From NCBI GenBank assembly GCA_963706575.1, contig CAVPNL010000012.1:64001-128000 (forward strand): DNA of 64,000 nucleotides, in the 5' to 3' direction. The stretch is from an uncultured delta proteobacterium. GTDB taxonomy: Bacteria; Desulfobacterota; Desulfobacteria; Desulfobacterales; JAHEIW01. Both the position numbers and the translations under genes were made by a program. The first letter of the stretch is position 1. Each line of letters starts with the position of its first letter. Below, one piece after another: positions 38,802 to 47,380 of this stretch. The notes beneath the pieces are model-generated. The model had not been told where the DNA came from and made no database searches. It saw only the letters and a program-made list of their open reading frames with translations.

Positions 38802-38931
38802 GTTCGAATCACCCTACACCGGATGGATCCTGCTCTATCCTTCGGCATATCATCTGCTTTTTCAAATCCAAAAAGACGACCCTCTAACTTCTTGACTCCA
38901 AAATGGGTTTTTTGGTAGATGTTATTCTCCA

Positions 38932-39234
38932 ATGCAACTCAGGAAGTTGAGATGCGAACGGTTTTCCTTTACGTCACCAATATTGCCGTCGTTTTATGTC
39001 TCTGAGTTCAATCACTATGGTGAAATTGTCGTCAAAAAAAAGGATATCGCCAATATCCATATGCGCGGGATTCAATTTAAAACCGACCAGATCATTACCC
39101 AGGATTTAAATCGATTTAAAGGGTCCCTTCAGCAGCCAACTATCCGGATAAAATTAATGGACGGCCAAAATATTGAGGTAACCAAAAATAAAATTAATAC
39201 GATGATGATGCTCACAAATTACCAGCCCGCTTAA
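38932..39234 (+). pseudogene. Possible 5'-truncated gene fragment
   Basis: C-terminal about 75 aa looks protein-like (YGEIVVKKKDI..DGQNIEVTKNKI internal repeat); no convincing RBS or start. Confidence 0.3.
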
Positions 39235-39281
39235 TACGAATACGGATTGGCACCGCTTATCGAAAGGTTTGAGTGGCTATT

Positions 39282-39611
39282 ATGAGAGGTATCGTAAACG
39301 TCATGTCCGGAATCTGCGGTATGATCACAGAAATCCGGGCCACATCGGATGACCAGTCCGGGATGGTCAATCTTCAAATTAATACCAGATGCGAAAGTAT
39401 CCAGAAATTGGCCGGCGATTTAAAGGCTGTAAATCCGACCGAAGAAATCTCTTTTCGCGGGGACGGCCCCAAAACGCTCCGCATGGCGGCGAAGCACTGC
39501 AAGCATACCGCATGTCCTGTGCCTTCAGGTATTGTCAAAGCAGTGGAGGTGGCATCCGGGCTGGCATTGCCGAAAGACGCCAGTATTAAAGTGTCGCTAG
39601 AAAAAGATTAG
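39282..39611 (+). CDS. DUF6951-like Cys-containing protein
   Basis: GICG..T.I, C..I, CKHTACPVPSGI.KAVEV..GLALPKD. Confidence 0.7.
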   Translation: MRGIVNVMSGICGMITEIRATSDDQSGMVNLQINTRCESIQKLAGDLKAVNPTEEISFRGDGPKTLRMAAKHCKHTACPVPSGIVKAVEVASGLALPKDASIKVSLEKD

Positions 39612-39614
39612 CAG

Positions 39615-39791
39615 ATGACGTATAATTTTGACCCGGACAGATGGTACGATGACGAACGCGGCATTCTTGAGACCCGTTTTAAAGCAGGAGAGGTGAATCC
39701 GCAGGAATATGAAGACGCCCTTTGCGATTTGGAACGGCGGTATGATGAAATGCTGAAGGGCCTGGACGGAACGTATCAGATTCCCAAATAA
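39615..39791 (+). CDS. Small acidic hypothetical protein (58 aa), not in ORF track
   Basis: Starts 3 nt after previous stop; MTYNFDPDRWYDDERGILETRFKAGEVNPQEYEDALCDLERRYDEMLKGLDGTYQIPK. Confidence 0.7.
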   Translation: MTYNFDPDRWYDDERGILETRFKAGEVNPQEYEDALCDLERRYDEMLKGLDGTYQIPK

Positions 39792-39825
39792 GCACCTTTA
39801 TTCGGATTCACCCCGTGACCAGAAC

Positions 39826-40335
39826 TTAAGCCTTTGCGGCTACCCGTTTAACCCTATCATCTGTTTCGAAATCACTTCGCGCTTGCCTGGATTTTCCATT
39901 TGCATGCTTGATGGCTCCAACCGCTTCGACCAGTTGAATCGGCTCCATCTCTTCGTAATCATCATCCTCGGGATCGGTGATGTAATAATCCACCCTATTA
40001 TCCCGATTGCCGAGGATGGAAAAATCCTCTAATTTCTGCAGATACAGGTCATCCGGCGCTTTTGGTACGTTAAACTGATAAGGTGCCCTCAGGGTAACCA
40101 TGTCAGATTCATTTCCCAGTTCATCTACAGCGGTGACACCGAATTCAATTGGCCCGCCATTGGGTTTGAAAGACTTGATATCATCGGGCAAAACAATTTC
40201 AGTAACATTTCCCAGCATCAACCATTGGGACTCATAATTTAATTCACCGTTTTCAGACCAGTATAATTTATATCCAACGACTTGAGGGGAACTGGATGCG
40301 ACCCACTTGAGTCTTCTTCTTTTTATTTTGGCCAT
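39826..40335 (-). CDS. Hypothetical protein with fibronectin type III-like domain and acidic tail
   Basis: AAGGAG RBS; LKW.AS....VGYKLYW..FGVTAVDELGNESD..P.AP. Confidence 0.7.
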   Translation of the reverse strand: MAKIKRRRLKWVASSSPQVVGYKLYWSENGELNYESQWLMLGNVTEIVLPDDIKSFKPNGGPIEFGVTAVDELGNESDMVTLRAPYQFNVPKAPDDLYLQKLEDFSILGNRDNRVDYYITDPEDDDYEEMEPIQLVEAVGAIKHANGKSRQARSDFETDDRVKRVAAKA

Positions 40336-40577
40336 GCTGTTGCTCCTTATGGACGAATAAAAAGAGGGTTGTCAGCCTGAACATGGATCATGGAGCATGC
40401 CGCCGTTTCATCAGCGTCCCACCCTGATCCAAAGAGTTGAGCGAATGACTTCTTTGATAAGCAAACGAAAAACAAAGCAACGCCTGCCGACAGGCATCAT
40501 CATTCGGGCATGTCAGGGCTGTTGTAACGATCTATCTTTTTGCTCACCGGGCCTGCGGTTCTGTCCTCTGGTTATAT

Positions 40578-41279
40578 TTACCAGGAAGGCTTGTCACCGT
40601 AAACATCATGAGGTTCTGTATAGGAATACGGTTCCGGCGTGATGGGTTCTTCTGCTGTTTCCTCAAGGGTGAGCTCATCACAAAGGCTTTCAATTTCACC
40701 AGCCGCTTTGCTGCTGGGTGCATATTGCATTACCGAAACCCCGGAGGTCATGGCGTCGATATAGGCAACTCTCTGGCACAGTTCGGTGTCCAATAAATCC
40801 ATATCAAATATCGATAACGAATCGCGTGCTTCACGCCCTACCCGGGTTCCCGGTATTTTTCGATTGATCAAGAGTTTGACGTCCAGATCAGGGTTTTCGA
40901 CCTGGGCTTCATCTATCATATCCAATGTTCCCTTGCAGGACCAGATGTCAAGAGAACTGGGGCTCAACGGAATTATCGAAAGGTCCGTTACAGCCAATAT
41001 TGATTTTGTTATGTCACCAATTGCCGGGGGCGCATCAATCACCAAAAAATCGCAATTTTGTGAGAGCTCCTCGATATCGCTCTTTGTAATCGGTTGGGGA
41101 TGATGCACGACTTCAAACGCGTTGTTGCTTTCCACGGCCTGCCAGTGACTGGCGCTGCCCTGAGGGTCTGCATCAATGAACTTGACATCATAATTCCTTC
41201 TTTTCAAACTGGCGGCAATGTTGATCGCAGAAGTGGTTTTCCCGACTCCCCCTTTCTGGTTAACAAAACTAATAATCAT
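40578..41279 (-). CDS. ParA/MinD family ATPase (orphan)
   Basis: Deviant Walker A NQKGGVGKTT, DADPQGS, IDAPP; no parB adjacent. Confidence 0.93.
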   Translation of the reverse strand: MIISFVNQKGGVGKTTSAINIAASLKRRNYDVKFIDADPQGSASHWQAVESNNAFEVVHHPQPITKSDIEELSQNCDFLVIDAPPAIGDITKSILAVTDLSIIPLSPSSLDIWSCKGTLDMIDEAQVENPDLDVKLLINRKIPGTRVGREARDSLSIFDMDLLDTELCQRVAYIDAMTSGVSVMQYAPSSKAAGEIESLCDELTLEETAEEPITPEPYSYTEPHDVYGDKPSW

Positions 41280-41465
41280 CTTGGCCCCTCCTTTCTAACA
41301 TTAAGCTAAGTGTGAAGTGTGGCTTCGCTTATCCGGTCATCATTCACCTTTTACCAACTGAGGCAGTTTCCCCCTTATTAATTTTGAATACCTAAAACTG
41401 CCTCAATTTTGCGATTGAGCTATCGGACTCCCATACACTGCCAGATAGACACTGTCAATAGAAAA

Positions 41466-41512
41466 ACACATTATATAGTATAAATCGAGATTTGTTCATC
41501 AACATATTGTAG
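41466..41512. promoter_or_regulatory. Tandem NrdR-box-like sites upstream of the ParA gene promoter
   Basis: ACACATTATATAGTAT (41466) and CATCAACATATTGTAG (41497), 31 bp apart; minus-strand TTGACA-17-TATGGG at 41458-41430. Confidence 0.65.
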
Positions 41513-41660
41513 ATATTATGATGCCGTTAAGATTTGAATCCGGTTCGTTAAGTGTTAACGGTGATCACTTGCGAAGAGAAAGGATTGTTAAAACGGAAAA
41601 TCACATGAGGAATTTTTTATTATGATGTTCATATCTTGTCGCTTACGAGATTTTAGATTT

Positions 41661-42758
41661 TCATAGACCAATCTTGTCTTTCTTTAGGCGGCCAAGAGCA
41701 GGTGCAACCAAGCTGCCCACATAGATATAATCTTTCGTTTCCGTTACGCCAGTGTTGATCGGGTAGCTGCCATCAGGATCTTGAAAATCTGCCAGTACCT
41801 TGCCGTTGTCATCAACGGCGATAATATGACCATAAGGAACTGCTTTGGGCCTCATAAAATTCGGCATGCGCCAGATTACTTTCCGCATGAAGGGCTTGTC
41901 TGCAAGTTTATCCATCAACGGGTTGCGCGGCGAAACGAAAGCTACCCAAAAACGCCCCTCATGACCGGTAGATATGTTATCCGGAAAAGAAGGCAGCGAT
42001 CCGATAAGGATTTCAGATGTTCCCTTTTTAGGACCGGCAATCCAGAAGCGGATGACCCTGTATTCCCCCATATCATTCACCAGCACAAAGTTTTGATCGT
42101 GGCTCACCGCGACACCGTTGGCGAAATTCAGACCATCCAGCAGTGTTTTGGCCACGCCGGTGGCGGGGTCATAGACCAGCAATCGCCCGTGGCCGCCATG
42201 CTCCATTAAATCAAGCCGCGCCGCTTCGTAAGGCCCCCCCCATTCTTTCGCGTGAAACTTGGTTGAGGCGTCCGAAAAATAGATCTTGCCATCGGCAGCC
42301 ACGTCTACATTGTTGGCAAAGCCGATCGGCACACCGTCTGCCTTGGTCGCCAGCTCCGAAATTGAGCCGTCCGGTGCGATTGAAATGAGACCCCGAAAAG
42401 CATCCGCCACAATTAAATTGCCATTACCGTCAAAGTCAATTCCCAGAGGCCGGCCCTTGGTGTCTACCCAGTTTTGCGGGTTGGAACAATCAGGGTTCAA
42501 GCGCACGATTCGCCCTTCGTGAGAAGTTGTGTAAATACGTCCCTGAGCGTCCACCGCAATATCTTCGGGACCATGATTGTCAGCAATTGAAAAGGTCTCA
42601 ATACTTTTAAGCCGTTCGTTCACTGCAAATGAACCGGTATAGCCCAGGTTGGGTGGGGCCTCCCAGGCAACCGGATCAATGGACACCGGCCAGGCCAGGA
42701 AGTAAATAATAATAACGATGATGATTAGGAATAGTGACCATAGAATCCTCTTAATCAT
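41661..42758 (-). CDS. SMP-30/strictosidine synthase-like (APMAP-like) beta-propeller enzyme
   Basis: N-terminal TM; GPEDIA, GRPLG, ADA..GL, YFSDAS, GRLL.YDP, L.FANGV, P.FPDNI; start set to ATG 42758. Confidence 0.9.
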   Translation of the reverse strand: MIKRILWSLFLIIIVIIIYFLAWPVSIDPVAWEAPPNLGYTGSFAVNERLKSIETFSIADNHGPEDIAVDAQGRIYTTSHEGRIVRLNPDCSNPQNWVDTKGRPLGIDFDGNGNLIVADAFRGLISIAPDGSISELATKADGVPIGFANNVDVAADGKIYFSDASTKFHAKEWGGPYEAARLDLMEHGGHGRLLVYDPATGVAKTLLDGLNFANGVAVSHDQNFVLVNDMGEYRVIRFWIAGPKKGTSEILIGSLPSFPDNISTGHEGRFWVAFVSPRNPLMDKLADKPFMRKVIWRMPNFMRPKAVPYGHIIAVDDNGKVLADFQDPDGSYPINTGVTETKDYIYVGSLVAPALGRLKKDKIGL

Positions 42759-43076
42759 GGTTCCCTCCTTTGCATAATATTTCTTTAGAAAGACCACAAA
42801 CATCTTTCGGTCATGGCGAAGGTAGTCACACTTTGAGGAGTTTCTCCATCTTAATCTTTACCTAAATTGTTAAGCTACTGTTCAAGTCGAGAAATCGTCC
42901 AACAGGTGAATATGAAATGTAGAGAGAATTGAGAATAAAAATGAGTCTTAGATATGGAAATGAGCATCAGGAAGCGTACCACATGCAATTTAATATTTAG
43001 AAAATGGTTATTAATGTCAAGAAAAATCGATTTGTCGCTTCGATAGCAAAGACAGTTTACTTCAGGGCTCCGGACC

Positions 43077-43565
43077 TTACTCGGGTTCGCGGTAGAGCGC
43101 CAGGATTCCGGATCGTGCCAGTTTTTTTATACCCATGGGTTCCAGCAGCCGGATGAGGGCGTCTATCTTTTGCAGCCCGCCGGTGACCTCGATAATGAAA
43201 TGAGTTGATCCGGTATCCACAATCCGACCTCTAAAGGTCTCCACGATACTTAATATTTCGCTGCGGTCTTTTGGGCACGCCTTCACACAGATCATGGCCA
43301 TTTCACGCTTGACGGCTTCCTCACCGGTCATATCCCGGACTTTGATTACGTTAATTAGCCGGCGCAGCTGCTTCATGATTCTTTCAAGCATCTCCGGGTT
43401 TGCCCGAGTCGATATGGTGATGCGCGACATTTTCGGATTGGCCGTCGGTGCGCCACAGATGGTTTCGATATTGTAACCTCGACTGGCAAAAAGTCCCGAA
43501 ACCCTGGCAGTCACACCGGGTTCATTCTCAACCAGCATTGTCAGAATGTGCTTTTCTTCTTTCAT
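43077..43565 (-). CDS. ilvN: Acetolactate synthase small (regulatory) subunit
   Basis: LVENEPGV.ARVSGLF..RGYNIE, SRITI, KQL..LI.VIKV, RE..MI.V, ARSG..A. Confidence 0.9.
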   Translation of the reverse strand: MKEEKHILTMLVENEPGVTARVSGLFASRGYNIETICGAPTANPKMSRITISTRANPEMLERIMKQLRRLINVIKVRDMTGEEAVKREMAMICVKACPKDRSEILSIVETFRGRIVDTGSTHFIIEVTGGLQKIDALIRLLEPMGIKKLARSGILALYREPE

Positions 43566-43780
43566 TTCTCCCCCTCGAGTCGACAACCGGATAAAATTCC
43601 GCGCTCAAAAACTCTTTTAGCAGATACAGGAGGAGAGATCAATTTAACAAGAACCCATCTTAAATCGTTTAAGCCAAAAAAAGATGTCAAGAAGAGGCTT
43701 GAAAATAAAAGATTCTTGTTACATAAAGAGAGGATCGGGAGTAAAACGCTTAGCGTAAAGCAAACGAAAGGCTAAAAAAG

Positions 43781-44266
43781 ATGTTATCAGAATTTTACAA
43801 CGAGGTCTTAGGGTATGGTCCTGTTGCCGTTCTGCCGCAAAATCTGAACGACAAATGGATTCAGCGGCTGCAAAAAATGGCGGATGATTTTTTGGACAGC
43901 AATTTCAACCTGCATGCCTGTACCGACGCACGCGAGATCGGCGATCCGGTCCTGGCCGCCTGTGTTTATGAAATACTGCGCTATCAGTATAGCGATAAAT
44001 ATGATCTGACCCCCAAAGAAATGGCGGAAAAAATCGTCATATATGCCCTCTCAATTACGATGGAGTCGGTGAATAGACGGGCCGGCTATGGATTGGAGCC
44101 GCCCAGTCTCGACAATATCCTTTCGATGGAGCGGATTCTCTCCTATAAACAGACAAAACCGGAATTTGTGGAATTGCTCAAAGAAGCCTGTATCATCCGT
44201 GAGTCGGAAAAAGGCTGGTTTCAGAATATTAAAGAAAAACTGATTTCAGGGATAAAGGGCAGCTGA
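43781..44266 (+). CDS. Hypothetical protein
   Basis: 161-aa ORF with normal composition; no recognised motif. Confidence 0.7.
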   Translation: MLSEFYNEVLGYGPVAVLPQNLNDKWIQRLQKMADDFLDSNFNLHACTDAREIGDPVLAACVYEILRYQYSDKYDLTPKEMAEKIVIYALSITMESVNRRAGYGLEPPSLDNILSMERILSYKQTKPEFVELLKEACIIRESEKGWFQNIKEKLISGIKGS

Positions 44267-44284
44267 AACAATCCGCCTGCCTGA

Positions 44285-44580
44285 TAGAAGTGGTTTCAAA
44301 ACCTCAGATCAGGTTCCCCGCTTTAACGCGGGATTGCACGTCTTTATTTTAACAAATTAATGTGTGCATCAAGGGCTAAAAGTGCCTAAAGTAAACTAAA
44401 GCTTGGGCCTCACGCAAAGCCGCAAAAAAACACGTGCGCAAAGACCCGAAGGTTTTTTATTGTTTAAACTAAAATTCTTTGCGGCTTAGCGGCTTTGCGT
44501 GAACAAAAAATTAAAATAGATCGTTCGACCGAGGCTCTCGACGGGCAGAATTCCACAACTTTAGTCACTTTAGATCACTT
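44285..44580. repeat. Composite palindromic repeat, copy 3 (inverted, extra insertions)
   Basis: Reverse complement of 26851-27052 with three additional short inserts. Confidence 0.85.
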
Positions 44581-44623
44581 TCTAATGAAAGATCTGATCT
44601 GATGCCCATAAGAGGACTGTGAG

Positions 44624-45262
44624 ATGGTTAATCTTAAAGACACCGTTGATTTTTACTGGGATCCGGTCTGCCCCTGGTGCTGGATCACTTCACGCTGGAT
44701 GATTGATGTCGGCCGCCAAAAACGGATTCAGGTTAACTGGAAATTGTTTAGCCTTAAAAAAATCAATGAAGGCCGTGACATCCCCGAGCATTTTAGAATA
44801 TTGCATAAAATGGGCCTGCAGGCCTTGCGGGTGGCCGCCGCCGTGAGCAAGTCGTATGGAAATGACGGTCTTGCAAAGCTTTACACGGTGATGGGGACCC
44901 GCTACCATCACGATAATGAGGATATCGATGATCCCGAAGTTTTAGATGAAATTCTAAAAACCTGCGGCTTTCCAGCCCGGCTGAAAGATGCGCTTGAGGA
45001 CGAAAGCTTGGATCAAAGAATTGCAGCGGACATGGATCAGGCGGTTGCCAAGGTCGGCAAAGACGTGGGTGTGCCGCTCATCGTTCTTGACGGTGGCAAA
45101 GGGCCGGGTTTTTTCGGTCCGGTCTGCAGCCCGGCACCAACCGGAAAAGCAGCCGTCGAGCTGTGGGATGCAATCATCATCGCCGGCAGGACGCCCGGTT
45201 TTTACGAGCTCAAGCGCAGCCGGGAAACCGAACCCCTGTTTGCCGAGCGCCCCAAAATTTAA
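44624..45262 (+). CDS. DsbA-like thioredoxin-fold protein (Rv2466c-like)
   Basis: FYWDPVCPWCWITSRW, DVGVP, FFGPV, GFYELKR. Confidence 0.85.
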   Translation: MVNLKDTVDFYWDPVCPWCWITSRWMIDVGRQKRIQVNWKLFSLKKINEGRDIPEHFRILHKMGLQALRVAAAVSKSYGNDGLAKLYTVMGTRYHHDNEDIDDPEVLDEILKTCGFPARLKDALEDESLDQRIAADMDQAVAKVGKDVGVPLIVLDGGKGPGFFGPVCSPAPTGKAAVELWDAIIIAGRTPGFYELKRSRETEPLFAERPKI

Positions 45263-45421
45263 GCGTCATTTCAAAAATCAGCCTGCCACATAAACCTGTA
45301 ATTCCCACCTGACAAATGCCGGTTTGACATCTGCCGACCACCGACTATGTTACTATAAACGAACAGCTAAACTGAAGCTGTATCGTTTCCTGAATTGCAT
45401 AAATAAGGAGGAAATATTCCC

Positions 45422-45637
45422 ATGACCGATATGCCAAGAAGAGATATAACCGGGCATTGTGAAGGCGATTGCAAGGATCGCGTTTTGGGGGGCGAAAAAG
45501 AACGGCAGAAAAAAATCGCCAAATCGAGATTAAGAGCGCAGGCTCCTTTCCGACTGCCCCCGGTGCGAAATTCCGCAACGATCCACCAGGTTGGTTGGGC
45601 GCGCACGTATAAAGCGGCGGTGTTTAACGACAGATAA
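45422..45637 (+). CDS. Stand-alone small basic protein (71 aa) with HCEGDC motif
   Basis: TTGACA(45324)-16-TATGTT, TAAGGAGG RBS, and a strong terminator at 45693-45720. Confidence 0.65.
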   Translation: MTDMPRRDITGHCEGDCKDRVLGGEKERQKKIAKSRLRAQAPFRLPPVRNSATIHQVGWARTYKAAVFNDR

Positions 45638-45692
45638 GAAAACCAGATACCGCCGGTTACCCGGTTTGGGTAGCGGTGAAAAACAAAATTAT

Positions 45693-45720
45693 AGGGAGGC
45701 ATTCGCCTCCCTCTTTTTTT
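45693..45720 (+). terminator. Intrinsic terminator
   Basis: AGGGAGGC-ATTC-GCCTCCCT followed by C and seven T. Confidence 0.88.
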
Positions 45721-46111
45721 CCAAAAAGCGTCCGATCTTTTGCACAGCACAACCTTAAAAATTGTAAATACATATGCAAATCCCGGTTTAAAAATTGTAA
45801 ATTTATCTACAATTAGAAGCGCGGACGAAATAACGCTAGCCTCACACAAACCGGCCCGCCTCGCCTTGCTCACATAGCGGGCGTGGGACGCAAAGATACT
45901 TTGGGATATAGAACCAAAATATATCTTTGCGGGCTTTGTCCGCCGTCACTTTAGCTAAGGCGCGGCACACGACATTGGTTGCGAATCATCGGAACTGATC
46001 AGTTTGCGATGTAATCACTTTAAATCAATAAGGATTCTAAAAAACTAGCTCCGAACTAGGCAACGGTCTAGTATTTTAGACTTCTTTTTAGGCAATAGAC
46101 TAGTTTGTTGT

Positions 46112-46882
46112 TCAGGTTTTTTTCTTCGGCCGATCTTTGTCCAGCAGCGCAACCAGCTCTTTTTGGTTTAAAACCGGGTATCCGTATTCTTGCGCAATCT
46201 TTTCATCCCGGGGACCGGTGTACCCCCAGGAGGCCAGTAGCAGCCTGATCATCTTATTTCCCGCATTTGCAGAATTTTCGAGCTCCTGTAGGTTTTTAAC
46301 CGAATCGTCAATAAAATAAAATGGTTGATCTGCGAATCGCTTCTGAATCTGTCGCATGTTTTCGACTTTGCTGGCTCCATGATCGCCGCTGTAAACATCA
46401 ACCGCATGAATGTTGAGGCCAAAGTGCCGGCACAGCTGTAAGGTTGCATCCCGGTTTTTGTTCGTTAAAATGACAAACGGATATTTTCGGCGCTGGAGCA
46501 GATGGCCCCACAGCGGTTGATAGGGTCGATGAAGCGCTAACCAGCATTCCGGATCGCTGGCGATAAATTGACCGCGCGTTTCATAAATTCGGAGGGTTCG
46601 ATCGGTTATGGAGGCCGTTGCGTCGGAAATTAAGGCTTCATATTCATGTGGATTTAAAATTTGTTCGAATTTGTTGCGATAATTATTCAGGCACCAGTTC
46701 ATCAGTAAAATCGCATCCCCGATGGCTTGAACATGGAAGCGGTTATGTTGAAACAGTCCGACCAGCGCCGTGGGCAAATCGGCCAGGGAAGTAACCTGTT
46801 TGCCGGTGACCGCGTTGTAGGCCGTTAAGGTGACTTCATCGAGTGAATTGATCAGCACGCCGTCAAAATCAAAAATCAGCAT
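46112..46882 (-). CDS. HAD superfamily hydrolase
   Basis: FDFDGV motif I, LTNK, K, FIDD, ASWGY. Confidence 0.88.
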   Translation of the reverse strand: MLIFDFDGVLINSLDEVTLTAYNAVTGKQVTSLADLPTALVGLFQHNRFHVQAIGDAILLMNWCLNNYRNKFEQILNPHEYEALISDATASITDRTLRIYETRGQFIASDPECWLALHRPYQPLWGHLLQRRKYPFVILTNKNRDATLQLCRHFGLNIHAVDVYSGDHGASKVENMRQIQKRFADQPFYFIDDSVKNLQELENSANAGNKMIRLLLASWGYTGPRDEKIAQEYGYPVLNQKELVALLDKDRPKKKT

Positions 46883-47182
46883 GTTTTCGTTTCCACTTCT
46901 GTTTTAGATTCTGCAAGCTTACAGACGCGATTGCCGCTTTAACTGCTGTCTGGTGGTTAATGTACCTTTCCGATTAAATACAATTCACCACGAAGGCACA
47001 AAGTTCACGAAGGGATTTTTTATATTTATTTAACCTTTCTTGGTGTCCTTTGTGTCTTTGTGGTTAATATCTTTCTATTTATTGAAACTTTGCGTCTTTG
47101 CGGCTTTGCGTGAGACCCTATCCTTCGTTCGCTCCTCGTTCAATTTTCTTTGTGTTCTTCGCGTTTTTACTGAAAAAAGTTC

Positions 47183-47210
47183 TAAAGTTTTTTTAAAAAA
47201 TGACCGATAT
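47183..47210 (+). promoter_or_regulatory. Sigma28 (FliA)-type promoter
   Basis: TAAAG-N15-ACCGATAT versus consensus TAAAG-N14/15-GCCGATAA. Confidence 0.6.
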
Positions 47211-47219
47211 ATATATTAT

Positions 47220-47305
47220 GCGTGTTTCGGGAGACACGCTAAGTCACCTTCTTTTACTAACTTCGGAACCTGGGGCGGTCCTTTTAGGGCGGCCCCAGTT
47301 TTTTT
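47220..47305 (+). ncRNA. Candidate small regulatory RNA
   Basis: 5' hairpin GCGTGT..ACACGC, pyrimidine-rich linker TCACCTTCTTTT, terminator CTGGGGC..GCCCCAG plus seven T; preceded by sigma28-like promoter; no credible ORF. Confidence 0.6.
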
Positions 47306-47380
47306 GGATCCACCGATCCCGCCAATTCCATTCTACTCTTATTCAGTGTTCCCACTCAAAAACGAGTCTTAAGCGCCGGC

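Noticed and set aside
45885..45935. GGGACGCAAAG resembling part of a c-di-GMP-I riboswitch
   Set aside because: Lacks the upstream GCAAA/GNRA P2 stem; matches the dispersed GCAAAG palindromic repeat family
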